Notes: a model not told the origin generated them from the sequence alone. Shown: positions 12,400-25,853, counted from the whole stretch's first letter. The stretch is 63,949 nucleotides of DNA, filler included, from Lenisia limosa (GCA_001655205.1; 21 parts of 21 records of this genome joined end to end with filler, not necessarily neighbours in it), one strand, 5' to 3'. Numbers and translations: made by a program.

Positions 12400-15300
12400 A
12401 TTGAGAGCCGAGGAGTAGCGAATTTCGACAGTTTTCATATCAGAAAAGCTCTCCTGATAGAAGAATTCATGAAGCCATCTCTTGAAATGTCTGTCAAAGG
12501 CAAGGCGGTCTAAAGGGTAAAATACAGTTTTTGCTTTTTTTTATGGACGGAAAAAACAAGTAAGGGTTATGTTTCAGAATTGGCTGATAAAATATATGGA
12601 GTTGTAAGGTAAATGATTGGGTGAATTAATAGTATACTATAATTTAATCTTTTATAAGCGTGATGGTGCGGACGGCTTCGGCCAGATGCATCTTTATTGT
12701 TCATTGCTCTATGATATAATATCGATATGTAAAAAAATTTAAATTGACATTTGATGACAGAAAGTGACGCTTTTAAAGATACTTATTGGGGTTCAGTTTT
12801 GTTCTCAAAATATACTGAAGTTTTGGTGTATGTATTATCTATTTTTATCGGTCTATTCCGAAAGTGACACACTCCACACCAGGAGGCAATCTGAGAAGGG
12901 AGCAGTTGAGAATGTCAGCAGACATGGTGGTAAAGGAAGCAAGGTTCAGGTCGGCAATAGTCGATTCTTCTTCTAATGGGTGAGGCTTTTGTGGTGTTCT
13001 TGTGTAGATTGAATATTTTGTTTTTGAAATTGTATTAATATGTATAATATATTCAACTTTGATAGGTTCCTAAATTGGTAAGCAGGATCTCTCCACAAAC
13101 CAGGTGTTTTTTTCTCAGCCAGGTTAAGGAAGACGGAAGTATTGGAGACGTAATAAAAGACAAACTAAACAAATTAGATGGGAGTTTATGGTGCTTAACT
13201 CTTGGTTTTCAAAGACTGATGCCAGGACATTATTGATAAATATTATTATTTTCTATGACTTATCATATGATTGCTTCTTAAAAATAGTATTTTAATCGTC
13301 TTCACGCTCATAAATACCCTTATTCAAGAAAAACAGAAACACCAAGGGGTCAAATTGAGATTACAATTACATATCGAGCGCTATTGAACCCTTTATGATG
13401 GAAATTATCCTACCTCAATACTGTTTTCAAAGAGGTTGTTCAACTCCCTCTCCATTTCTTCTGAGGCTTCTGCAATCTAGAAGAGTTAATACATAAGTAA
13501 AAAGAGAGAAGATTACAAGAAAAGGATAAATAAAAATTGTGATTATATAATGGCTTTACTAACTTGTAAATGTGGAAATAGTCATCTTTTGCTAACAATA
13601 AAAACAAGAACAGAATCCCCAAAACCCGATTTGTTATGAGTGCTATTGACTTTGTTGGGCTAGAGGACAGCAAAGAAACTCTCGTGGCTACATCCGAAAT
13701 CTCTTTTCCAGCTACAAAACATCAGAGATCTAAATCAAAGTGGTGATCATATTCTTAATGATCTCAAAATCAATAAAAAACAATAGTATCTTTTATTTGT
13801 TCAGGCGTTTCTAAAAACCATTTAAACTTGATGAATGTATTGTGAAAGAATAACAAGCTATTTGAGAATTCAACTGAAAACACCTATGACAGACATGTCC
13901 AGCCACCAACCTATCTTCTCTTCAACCTTCTCCATTCCATTCATTTCAACACTCTTAACAATGTCTTCCAGCTTATGAATGAAAGCCGAGGCAGACTCTG
14001 TGGCAATGGGCGTTGCCCCAGCCTCGTCAAGAGTGATTAGGTGAAGCGTTTCATGAAATTGACTCTCAAGGCTGGGGGTTGACATTTGCAAGCCGTGAAG
14101 CACCAAAGCTTGTAAACTTGCGCATGCTGACGCTAATGACTTTCCCAGTAGCTCAGGATTGCCGCTACCACTGTCAATAAGGTCAAGAACAATGAATCGG
14201 TCCCTCATGGCGAAGGATCACTGAATATTTGGAGAAGATCAAGGGGGGAAGCTTCTTTTGTTTTTTAATCTAACGTTACTTCTTTCAATATAGTCGCTTA
14301 TATTTAATTAACAGGACAGAAGAATGAACAGAGACAGAGGCGTCTTTTCTCAAATAGGACTTGGACAGAAATGTGGCGTTTGCGCGCTGCCTTAAGGTTG
14401 CTTCTCCCAGCTCTCGTCCATACGATTCACCATTTTTGAAAGTTATTATTTATATATTTATACATTCATACATTTATACATCGTGATAGTGGAGAAAGGA
14501 AGCGCTGTCGTGACTGTGGTCCTCACTAAGCCCTGATCAATCAAGTAGGCGTCCCCCTAGTCTTGCTGTTGAGGTATTCGAATCTTATATTGATAAAATG
14601 TTTTTAGCTTTCTCTGGTAACACATTCTTCTTCTCCTTCTCTGCAATCCATCTTTCAATTTATATTATTATACCCTTGACCTCCCATGACCCATGGAGCT
14701 GTCATGTACAAATATGTTATGTATATATTTGGCTCACCCCCTTCACCCATTATGTTTATATGTTTGTGGTTAATTTTTTCCCCAATACAATGGCTTTTTA
14801 AAAACCAAAATTAGGGGAAAAGTAACAACCAGAAGAGGGTAGTATTCTTGTCAAACATCTTATTTACCAACAAAAGGGATAGAAAAGTATTTATATCCCC
14901 CCCCCCCCCNNNNNNNNNNNNNNNNNNNNNNNNNNNNNNNNNNNNNNNNNNNNNNNNNNNNNNNNNNNNNNNNNNNNNNNNNNNNNNCTTAGGAAAACTT
15001 ATATTTTTGACGACTGCCCTCAACTGAGCACAACTTTCTTCAAAGAGTTTTTAAGCCCCCTGCCTTATTCTTGATATTGGACATCTGCACCATGGTCAAC
15101 AAGCACAACTTGAACTTGGGAAGAAATCTTAATTTTGTTTTGACCACGATAGTTTGTTTTGTGTTTTTTTGTGATGAGGTGCTCAGAAGTTTTTTTCTAT
15201 ATCATATAGTATGATATACAATATAGTAATATATATATGATATATATTGTCAATCCCTCGATGTTTCCCAAATGCTTACTCCCCCTTTTCTCTTCTATAC

Positions 15301-15614
15301 AATTATCTATTTTGCTTGGGACGGCTCTAAGCGTTATTATAGGTTGCGACCATTAATAAGTCTTTTTTTTAACATTTCTCTTCACGCTTTACAGGTATGT
15401 TTGGTGATCGAGTGGTAGGACTCTTCAAAAGCTGGCTCGGGCTTGGCTTCCTATTTGAACGATAACATAGCATGTCATTTCCTTTCACCAAGAGCGTATG
15501 AACTGTTGTCATTTGCTTAGGAGAAAGTAGACAAGTCCGCTTGCCTCTTGGTTGACTAGCGGTGGTTTTAGGAGATATTTCTATGTCATAGCACTCTGTG
15601 CATTTGCATTCCAT
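12400..15614 (-). CDS. Multi-exon gene of unknown function (partial, approximate)
   Basis: Open exon-like blocks: ~12400-12510 (RLAFDRHFKRWLHEFFYQESFSDMKTVEIRYSSALNP), ~12880-12975, ~13885-14205 (DRFIVLDLIDSGSGNPELLGKSLASACASLQALVLHGL...), ~15400-15614. Confidence 0.5.
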
Positions 15615-15863
15615 AACTCAGACTCAACATTCCAATGTCAATTGAGCGTGAAAATATCGAAAATTTTTGAGGATACCGAGAAAAGAGCTTCACTCAATTG
15701 AAGTTATTAATTTACGAATTAATTGGCCTTTTTACTAAGTAAAATGTAATTGCCAATTAATGTACATCTATGTATGTAGGAATACGCACCGTGTCTCATG
15801 TGACATCAGCAAATATAAAGTACATGGGAAATAAACAAGAAAAAAAACACTTCACTACTCTCC

Positions 15864-17281
15864 TCAGGTCTTGCGTCTCGTTAAATGGTCGAACAGCACG
15901 ACTTGGACATACTCCTTTGTTTTGATCTCGTATCGCACACTGTTGTCTCCGGGTGGGCTCTACAGAGTTAGTTTTTGAGTGTGAGATCATCATATGAGAG
16001 TTTCACTTTCGGTTCCAAAAAAGACTAAATTCTTGATAAAGCCTATATAAATATATAGAATATTTTGTTAGTGTTTAGGAACCGAAAGTGAAGCTCTTGC
16101 CATAATCTACAAATACGTGGATGTAGAAACGGGTAGTACACCATCATGTATAAAGAGACATTTGATTATAGTAAAATATTAATGCACGCAATCATTTGCC
16201 TGACAACTCTTTGTACACAGATTTCTTAGTGCTTAGATATGAAAGTGCGATTCTCGTGAGAATTTCATTAACACTGACCGCGATAAGTCCTGATACGATT
16301 GACGAAAGATGAAGCTCAATATCCGTGTCAGGATTAAACGCGGCCAAGTGTATAAAGTTCAATATCGGTGCAATCAAGCCTACTTTGGGGTCAACGTTTA
16401 TCACTTTTCGGTCTCTTTTGTTCTTAAAAAGCAAACCGGAGGGGTCGTCAGCAATAACCTGTGGGGACAGGGGTTACAAAAAAAAAATAATATATATATA
16501 TAGATATATATAAAAGGAAATTCAATTCTACCATATTTACGAAGTATCCCTATATAAAATAATAACACATAGTAGATGAGAAACAAAACAAGGTTGCACA
16601 CGCTGATAAGAGAGTATTGGGTTTAGTATAAGGTGAGAAATCAAACAAGGTTGTATCTGGCCGAAACCGTCCACACCATTACGCTTCTAAGAGATAGTAT
16701 TAATTCACCCAATCATTTGCCTTGTAACTTGCATACCTGGAAATTGGGTGTGGGGTTGGAGGTGGAGGCAAGGGTTTCCCAGTTGAAAAACCTTGAACAA
16801 TTAGGGAAAATAAAATTCTTGCGGTAACATGAAAATAAAGGGTGTTTACTGTTTTTGTCAGATACTTCTGGTCGATGCACCTCCTTATGAGCGATATTGA
16901 TTGATGCAAAAAATAGGAATACTGCTGTTGATAGAAGACATTGTAATGTAATTACATGTAGGATGTGAAATAAATAACAAGGTTGTATCTGGCCGAAGCC
17001 GTCCAATCNNNNNNNNNNNNNNNNNNNNNNNNNNNNNNNNNNNNNNNNNNNNNNNNNNNNNNNNNNNNNNNNNNNNNNNNNNNNNNNNACGCTTTTGGAA
17101 CCGAAAGGGAATTATTTGAAAATTAAGTTCCCACTCACGAGAGATCTGAGGCTCTCGGCATGATTCGTTTCTTCCGAGCAAAGTAGAGGGCAAACTGGTC
17201 CGTTTTGAGACGATGGGCAATGTCGATGTAGGCTGAAACCTCTTGACCCTTGGCATTCTTGTCTCGGATGAATGCGATTGT
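15864..17281 (-). CDS. CFAP299: Cilia- and flagella-associated protein 299 (C4orf22/DUF4464 family), 3' four exons
   Basis: Exons 17281-17139, 16791-16737, 16458-16384 and 15959-15864 splice with canonical GT-AG in frame: [122 protein letters not shown]. Matches the recalled family motifs [17 protein letters not shown] and PGDN..DH.TRRK. Confidence 0.9.
16576..16730 (+). repeat. Dispersed repeat family D (GAGATGAGAAATAAAACAAGGTTGTATCTGGCCGAAGCCGTCCACACCATCACGCTT...TAATTCACCCAATCATTTGCCTT)
   Basis: About 16 partial or full copies, e.g. 1062, 12600-12700(-), 16965, 18400, 28180-28250(-), 48490, 49025, 50180-50240(-), 55320, 56405, 62620-62775. No obvious TIR. Confidence 0.85.
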
Positions 17282-17556
17282 CTGGGGGGGGGGGGGNNNN
17301 NNNNNNNNNNNNNNNNNNNNNNNNNNNNNNNNNNNNNNNNTTAATTAATTAANNNNNNNNNNNNNNNNNNNNNNNNNNNNNNNNNNNNNNNNNNNNGGCT
17401 CATCCCATCTACACTCCTTCCTCTAATATCTTTTCAACCCTCTTCCTCTGGCCATGTAGTCAACCTCACCCCGCCTGCACCGCCATATTCAAGGTTGATG
17501 ATGGAAGTGGTCCGTTCCTCTGGCCATGAAGTCAATTTCACCCCGCCTGCACCCAC

Positions 17557-19210
17557 ATATTCAAGGTTGCTGATGGAAGTGGGCCCGTAGTCGAACTCCT
17601 TGATGTCACTCATGCCATTCTAAATCGGAATAAATACAAAACCTCCCAAAACCAGAACAATAACTCATCAGACAAAGCATCCAAAAACAAATGTAAGTTC
17701 ATTAAGGTGAATACTTACATAGTGAAGGAAGGGCCCTCCCCAGTTGTTTGTCTTAATAACTTGGCCTTGAGAATTAGAAGAGAAACAAATTACAAGAATC
17801 CAGGCGTTCCTTCGACCCCAAGGCATGATAAAGACTATCATGAAACCAAACCAATATCTCTTAGAAGCATGATGGTTCAGGCTTAGGCCAGACTCTAAAC
17901 TATTTCTCGAAATTTTTTGGAGCAATGTGGAGTCCCTAATCACACCAGAGGGTTCCATACAGACCCGGTCGATGAAGATAACGGCTTTGATATTGATGTT
18001 CCTTTGTATATTTTAATTATCCCCAGATTAGATATGGTATCACATGAAATAGCCACCAGAAGCTTCTAGTGATAGTGTCTATATACTAGTACATGTAGTA
18101 TAATATATCATATAATATAATATACTATACTATATGATACAATATCATATACGATATACTATTTCATCTAATATCATCATCAACACTATGTTTTCTTTTG
18201 TTATTTATTCCCCCGAACCCACTGTTACTCGAGATATTTACCCAAAATTCCCCTCGAACCCACCATTGCTCGAAACGATGAAGACACTGTCATGGCTGAG
18301 TATCTCTGTAACCAATCCAGTGGGCAGGACTGTGTCGTCTGGTGTTGAGCTTCTTGGCTACACAGTCAGAGGGATCAAAAGGGACGATATGCAAAAACAA
18401 AACAAGATCTGGCCGAAGCTGTCCACACCATCACGCTTACAAGAGGTTAATAGATTACAATAATACTAATTCGATCTCGGTATAATGATGGGTATTTTTT
18501 TATCCCAGTGTTGTGAACGGCTAAGGCCAGACGCTCCCGATGAAGAATTTTCGCAAATGAATATCAAATTTCAGCAATGCAAACATTGTATAGAGCCTTT
18601 CCTTTCACGGTCATAGAAGTGAACGTTCTTGAAGGCATGTAGATCTCAGCAATTCCAAGCTGCAGAATGAGGAATCCAAGGCAATTCTCAACTTGATGAT
18701 ATATCAAGAAGATAAAAGAAGGAAACGGGGGGGGGGGGGTNNNNNNNNNNNNNNNNNNNNNNNNNNNNNNNNNNNNNNNNNNNNNNNNNNNNNNNNNNNN
18801 NNNNNNNNNNNNNNNNNCATCAATATTCATCGTGGTTTATTTCCGAGAAATTTCTTTTAGAAACAAAAGGTAACCGCAAAAACTAAAAGCCCCACCCCAC
18901 CCCGGAAACTGACACGGACGCTACTGTGGTGTCACCTACGGCAAGAACCGTCACCAATCCTGTGCGGTGTTAACTCATCTAAACTGCCTGTGTTTATTCT
19001 ATTTCTGTTGAATCCAGTCAAAAGGATACGAAAATGCCATTTCAAGTATTGCTTTTGACAATATCTGGAAAAAATATCAATACCAAGTCCCTGTAAGGTT
19101 TAAGATGTGTAATTTGGAACAAGAAGAAGCAGTAAATCAGACAGGGATCCTGCATAATGTTGAGCTTACCTTCGGTTGTAGCATCATTGGTGTCAAACTT
19201 GGCTACTGCA
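17557..19210 (-). CDS. Multi-exon gene of unknown function (partial)
   Basis: Exon-like blocks with GT/AG ends: 17557-17619 (NGMSDIKEFDYGPTSISNLEY), ~18265-18360 (PRSSTPDDTVLPTGLVTEILSHDSVFIVSSN), ~18600-18700, ~19145-19205. Confidence 0.5.
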
Positions 19211-20171
19211 GTATAACCTAAGAAGATAAACCGAGGAATTTATTTTTGAAAAAGTTGCTCATTAATTTTATCTGGTATTTTTTGGAATCGGAGTGAAGCC
19301 TCAAAAAAGACTTCTGTCGTCAATTCCTCCGTATGGTCCAGAAAAGACCAACATCATATCGTATTTATCGAGGATTTATTGAAAATTCATTATTTTGTAT
19401 CGAGCCATGCTTTCCTATCCAATCAAAGCATTTCCTTCCCAATCAGTCCAAAAAAAAAAGAACTTATCAAGAAATCTTCGAATAATATCGATCGATTCAA
19501 CTTTTTTTTTTAAGGTGGTTCAGTCCTCTTTTTGATTTTTGAAAAAATATAATAAAAGTGTAGAAAGTAATAAAAATGAGCCTTCGGGATAATTCCGCAG
19601 GGTAGTTTTTCGTATAAAGCCCTGAAATGGAAATTTTAAAAAAAAATGGGTGAATATTGCCTGGAATGTGCTAACTGAGGCTATATGAGGCTAATACTAT
19701 ATCGACGATAGGTGTTGGTTTTGTGTAGTCACTTACATTATTCAAATTCCTCAAATATCGTGTTTAACCCCAAAAAGGTAAAAAAAGCGAAGCCCAAAAC
19801 ATCTAAAATTGGAACGAAGTCGGGAAAATGGGCATTTTTACGTTTTTCTACCCCACGCTATTTCATACGAAAAATTACACTGCGGAATTACTCGAAGGGT
19901 CTTTTTAATCTTACCACGCTTTTATTGTTTTTTTCCAAAATAAAAAAAAAGGACTGAACCACCTTAACAACAACAGCCCCTCTCCNNNNNNNNNNNNNNN
20001 NNNNNNNNNNNNNNNNNNNNNNNNNNNNNTTAATTAATTAANNNNNNNNNNNNNNNNNNNNNNNNNNNNNNNNNNNNNNNNNNNNTTTTTTCTGGGAATA
20101 TTATTCGTTTTGCAATTTGAACCTTCATGCCACTATTATCCATCGATATTTCCCCTTGTTTCACTCCGCAG

Positions 20172-23100
20172 ATCCGTCTTAACGACAATCACCCCTATGA
20201 GTTAAGTGACTCAAACTTCATCTTTGAATCCGCAGCTTCGCTTATGGTAGGCGGAGAGGGGGGGGGGTGCTATAAATGGCGGGAGTATAATATATCCGTG
20301 AACCGATTTTTCGTAATATGGTAGATTTCTGATTATTTTGTCTTCACGCTTTTATATGTTATTTCTGAAAACCTTTTGTGAACACACCTCTGCTTTTAAA
20401 CTTTTTTTATTATTTTTTTTAGATTGGCTGGGGAGATAACTATGCTTTTGGGTTTGAACAACGATCAATCCCCATTTTGGTGAGCTTCTACTTATAATAT
20501 TACCAATAATTTTGGCAATATTACAAAGCGGTTTTCTTACTACTCAGTTCCTTGACGCTTATTCAAGACGTATGATCACAATATACGGTAGGTCCAAGGG
20601 GGGGTATATGGATCTATTTTGCCAGGAGTAAAGGGCTATTGAGTCGGAATGATGAACGAAAATACTATGAGGCTTCATCCTGAATAGAGGGTTATTGAGA
20701 CTTATTAGTCAATTATTGCACAAGTGTACAGTGACCGGGATAAGTCTTGACCGATTTGCTATGTGATTTCCTCAGGAAAATGGGCCTGGACTATCCCAGT
20801 CACTGTATATGAGGTTTCATATCACTGCATGGAAAATGACAGTTCAAAAGTGTGAAAATGATCCAAAAAGTTTGATGACGGACCCATCTTATGACTGCAG
20901 GCGAAATTTTGCTTACACTCAACCCCACGCCGCTCTACCAAGCTATTGAGCCTTGCATCTTAGAAGCCGGAAGGGCAACAATGAACCTTCAGGTGGGAGC
21001 GTTTTGTCTTTTTTTTTACTTGATCTGTTCGATTGGGATCTCATGTTCCGAAAATTGACTGACGACAAGCCTCAATGATACTCTGTTATACTCGGGATGA
21101 ACCCGCGTGCTATATTTGTTAACGAAAATTGATCATATATATGATATGTATTAGAGTATCATTGAGCCATGTTGGTCAATTATCATTTCCAACTTTGATC
21201 TGTATAGCTCTCTCTACGTCAGGAAACGACTTACACTTTAACCTTCACAATTCTTGGAATGCCGACAGCTAGCGTTTGGGGGAGTAGGCTACTTTGTTTT
21301 GTGGGCTTCACTTCAGTTCGAAAAAGACTGAATTTCACAATAAAACCTCGAAAACTATCGAAATTTACCTGGGGGACTTTGAACCCAAGTGAAGACTTTT
21401 TTGAGGGTCCCAACTAGGTTTCCACTTTGGTCCACCGGCACTCTTGAAAATATGATATTACAAGTAGAGCTTCACTTCGGTTCGAAAAAAAAACGGTAAT
21501 TTTCGAAAAATTTTGAAGAAATTCAGACTTTTTTTGAACCGCGCTGTGTCAGCAGAATATGTATCATCTGTTTACTGTTGGGAGAAATAAGAATTGGGTA
21601 GTAGCTGTGAAGCTAAATCCCTTGAATTAGTTCTTCACTTTTTACATAATCTAATTCATTTCACATTTCACGAAACTCTTTCCTTACTTTGTGTGTAGTA
21701 TCTTATCCATTCTGCTCCCTGTGAAGAGCATGCCACCAACTCAACAAGTGTGGAGAACGTCTGCTCGTGTCTTGAGGGAAGCTACCTTGACACTTCAGGA
21801 CCCGGGTGAGTTGGGGGGGGGGGCGCTTTAATACCTATGTATCACATGGTTGACTTTCGAGTATATCAGAGTATCATTGAGACTTGTCGGTCAACTATCA
21901 TATGAGGAGTGGATATGAGTTATCATATTACTGTGTTGAAAATGGGAGTTCACGATTGTGAAAAAGACACTCAAAGTGATCGCCTTTGTTCCATTGGATC
22001 TCGTATTCTTAACCCCCCCTCCCTCAAAACACCCCAATATGTCTACTGTCCTCCTAGCTCCTCTTCTTTATAGGATGCGGTGCTGCAGATGCGACTGGCC
22101 TGGGCTTTATTGTATTTTTTTTTTATTGTTCTCAACCCTCGTGTACTGTCAGCCAACCGAGTTGATTTGACTTTTTTTTTTTTTNNNNNNNNNNNNNNNN
22201 NNNNNNNNNNNNNNNNNNNNNNNNNNNNNNNNNNNNNNNNNNNNNNNNNNNNNNNNNNNNNNNNNNNNNNNNNNNNNNNNNNNNNNNNNNNNNNNNNNNN
22301 NNNNNNNNNNNNNNNNNNNNNNNNNNNNNNNNNNNNNNNNNNNNNNNNNNNNNNAGTGTTGTCGGCCGAAATTTGCTCCAGCTGCCCCCTCAGAATGACC
22401 ACTGTTGAGAGAGGATCGAACTCATCTGCGCTATGTGTGTGCAAGGATGCATATATCAGAGGTTTGAAGGGATTATGGGGGGTGGAGGGGGAGGGGGGAG
22501 TAAAACAAAGGAAATATCGATGAATAATATTGGCGTAAAGTTACGATTCTGAAACTCCAAACAAAAAACAAAAAAAAACAAGCAATAACACGTGCAACCA
22601 ACACTAAAACTATACAAAAGCCAGTAAAATTGGAAAATTTATGAAATATAAATACCCGAAATCAACTCTGTTGGCTGATAACACACGAGGGTTGATAATA
22701 ATAATAACAATGAGGGGCGGTGCAGGGAGGGATTATGGGGGTGCTTGTGAAGTTTGGAGGGATGATTATGGATTCTGGGCACGTCTTTGAGTAAATAAGA
22801 AATTTTTTTTGTATTGCCAAACTCCTCATCATCCTAAGTACTAACGTTTTCTTACCCCTCTAGTTGAGGATACTTGTCATTGCCCCCTCAACCAAGATTA
22901 TCAGTGCAAGCCTTGCGGGGCCAATTCGAGAAGACTCTCATATGTTAGGGGATCATATTTGGGGTGTTCTTTTTCATTTTCCTGCTCATAAAATACGAAA
23001 TCCTTGATAAATATCAGATATTTCACTGCCCTTTTTTGACACCATTGCGAAGCCATAAGCATTACGGCTTTGTGATAATTGGGATGGGAAACATTGTTAT

Positions 23101-23526
23101 ATTATAAACTTTCCATTCTTTTGCAAATGAAATTGTTTTAACAAAAATTGCACGGATCTAGTATAATTTAAAGATGAGGGATAAAACCAATCCTTTCACT
23201 CCCCTCCTAATGAACCTCTTCATTTCTCCTCTTTTAATAGTCAGGAGGGAACACTATATTGCGTATTTGATCATTAAAGGGAAAACAAAATATAACATAT
23301 GATATGTCATTATAATAGAAACTAATTGCCATGCATATCTAGTGCACTTGCTTTTCTTTTTGAAATACGAAATATTCATGTTATGTAGTATATACTAGTA
23401 ATATATGATATATAATTCATTCAAAATCTTGGGGAAACCTAATTACCAAGTTTTTTATTCTCTAGGAGGAGACCCTATGTTCTTGTGATGCTGGCTATGG
23501 AGGTCCATCGTGTCCTCCTTGTCTAG
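20172..23526 (+). CDS. Cys-rich EGF / GCC2-GCC3 (ephrin-receptor-like) repeat protein, likely secreted or surface (partial)
   Basis: Exons 21699-21805 (APCEEHATNSTSVENVCSCLEGSYLD), gap-22461 (CSSCPLRMTTVERGSNSSALCVCKDAY), 22864-22943 and 23466-23526 (EETLCSCDAGYGGPSCPPCL). The last three splice in phase. Upstream exon 20172-20246 is less certain. Confidence 0.7.
20729..20805. mobile_element. MITE family B copy with TA on both flanks
   Basis: TA|CAGTGACCGGGATAAGTC...GACTATCCCAGTCACTG|TA. CAGTG ends plus TA duplication are typical of Tc1/mariner. Confidence 0.88.
22073..22184 (+). repeat. Intron-associated repeat family C (head and body)
   Basis: GGATGCGGTGCTGCAGATGCGACTGGCCTGGGCTTT...CAACCCTCGTGTACTGTCAGCCAACCGAGTTGATTT. 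More than 20 copies in the window. Confidence 0.85.
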
Positions 23527-24160
23527 GTAGTGGGAGCCTTCCCCCCCCCCCCCCNNNNNNNNNNNNNNNNNNNNNNNNNNNNNNNNNNNNNNNNNNNNTT
23601 AATTAATTAANNNNNNNNNNNNNNNNNNNNNNNNNNNNNNNNNNNNNNNNNNNNATATCTGTATTGTATAATACATCATATATAGCTACTATATATGAAA
23701 TACATGTGTGATATAGCGGTATGGAATAAAAAAACCAAGATATGTAGATATTAGTAGAACCCTAAACCATACATTGTCTGTAGTCTTCGCATTGATTAGA
23801 GAGGAACCCATATTAATTTTTACTTTATCCACTTGTGATATGATCATACATGTATGTTGACCCATATCCGCTTGTGATATGAACATATGTTGACCCATAT
23901 ACATTTTCATAAGCAGTATGTCACCAAGTAGTCTGGATAAGATGTTTGAAGAAAATAGAATTGCTTACTTGGTATAAATAATGAAAATTGGATTGTTTTT
24001 TACCCTATACCAAGATCTGGTTGAAAATCATGCCTTTTGATATGTCACTTCTGGGTGATGTAGCTGCTCTCGCAATATATAAAAGATAGTTTAATATAGA
24101 GTTCTGCTACCCATGCTAAACAATGTGTGATTTATTTCTTCTGGAATTAATGAAGTTCAG

Positions 24161-25628
24161 AACACGATGGGGTGACTGCTGTGGGAAGTTACATTACAGT
24201 AATGCAGGTATGTGAGTATGATTCTGGTTGACACTGTGAAACAATTTCCTTATTTCAACTTTGTTTTGTTCACAATTACCAGTTTATTGTTGTCATTTCC
24301 CGTAGTACAGATATGTCAAACAAGAGCTAAGAGGAATATACTCGAAACTTGTAACTGTATTTTGTTTTATTAAGATACTCTATATATTGGGTTCTCCTTC
24401 TCACAGTTTATTTCTAGTTTAATGTTGTCATTTCCCGTTTATTTCCAGTTTAATGTTCTGGCCGAATGGAGTTCACCTTCGTTCACGCATACACCCCAGA
24501 AGTACTTGGTAAGAAGTTCGTTTCGCGTCCAAAATACCAAAACGTAGAAATTGCAAGATTTTTCTTTCCATTGTTTTTTCCCCCTAAAAATGACTTTTTA
24601 GTAACTTTTTTATTCTAAATATAAACACCAAAAGAAACACGCCATGTTTAGATGAGCCTCAATTTATCTTACCTTTCTGATCTGGAACCTTCATGAATAA
24701 TAATAGAGTATTTGGTTACATAATTATTTGAAACCTTCCATTTTTGAACTTAGGTCTTGGACGTTTTTTATGGTCTCTTCATTGTACTGTGAACTGCCGG
24801 GCTTTTTGCTTCCTTCCTTATTAGGATGTTGCTGCATCTTACCTTCCTTATTAGGACTGGGAGTATCGAAAACAGCAGATCATCCAGGAACTTCTCCGAG
24901 TGGGACCCCACATTGCCTGTTTTGAGGTTGGGGGGCAGAATATATATACTATATTATATGATATATTAAATTTAATCAAGGGATACGCAATAATATAATA
25001 TCATTTATACGTAGGGAGAGGGGGGTAATTGAAAGCAATAGGTGTTTAGCTGATTTCAGACTATCCTGCAAAAATAGCTGATTATTCATATTAATGGCAT
25101 TATTGACCCTATAATCCAATCTCTTATAAGCATGATGGTGTTGATAGGTTTGGCGATACTCCCGTGTTTTTATTTCGTTCAATTACTGGGATTCTGCGCA
25201 ATTTACTTTTCAAAGTCATTAATTACAAAATCCATTGCATTTGTGACCGTAGTACAGGAGGTTGATCACGATGACGTACTTGAATTGGCACGTGCCTGTG
25301 GATATGAGTACATCAAGCTGGCCAAGAAGAATAATTCGGACGCTGCCGCGATTCTCTATTTGAAAAAGTGGGACATGTCAGATACTATCTCACAGATATC
25401 ATATGATATAGTATATCTATTTCCAGCTTACCCCCATCATAAAGTCGCATATATTTTTTGGTTTTTCTGGTGTTTTTTTGTTAAATAAATTTTCCAATTT
25501 TACCCCCCCCCTCCCTCCTAGTGACGTGCGAATTGAAAAGAAAGTCGAATTACGCTATAAATCTGAAACTGAACCTGGGGCAACAGACAACCAAGTTGCC
25601 ATCATCGCAAGAGTGGTGTTTAAGAATG
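24161..25628 (+). CDS. Nocturnin/CCR4/Angel-family EEP phosphatase-deadenylase, N-terminal catalytic-domain exons (partial)
   Basis: Exons 24161-24207, 24449-24508, 24855-24926, 25258-25367 and 25522-25628 splice in frame: YITVMQFNVLAEWSSPSFTHTPQKYLDWEYRKQQIIQELLRVGPHIACFEEVDHDDVLELARACGYEYIKLAKKNNSDAAAILYLKNDVRIEKKVELRY...NQVAIIARV. Matches the recalled motifs VMQWNILA, W..R...I..E, CLQEVDH, D.CA.F and NQVAI. Confidence 0.85.
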
Positions 25629-25853
25629 GTGGGGGGGGGGGGTAAAACAAAGGAAATGTCGATGACGAATATTGGCTTAAAGGTACTANNNNNNNNNNNN
25701 NNNNNNNNNNNNNNNNNNNNNNNNNNNNNNNNTTAATTAATTAANNNNNNNNNNNNNNNNNNNNNNNNNNNNNNNNNNNNNNNNNNNNCAACAGAGTTGA
25801 TTTGGGTTTTTTTGTTTCATAAATTTTCCAATTTTACTCCCCCCCCCCCGCAG

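Noticed and set aside
16192-16434. 80-aa ORF as a standalone gene
   Set aside because: Only its first part is CFAP299 exon; the rest is intron read-through past the donor at 16383.
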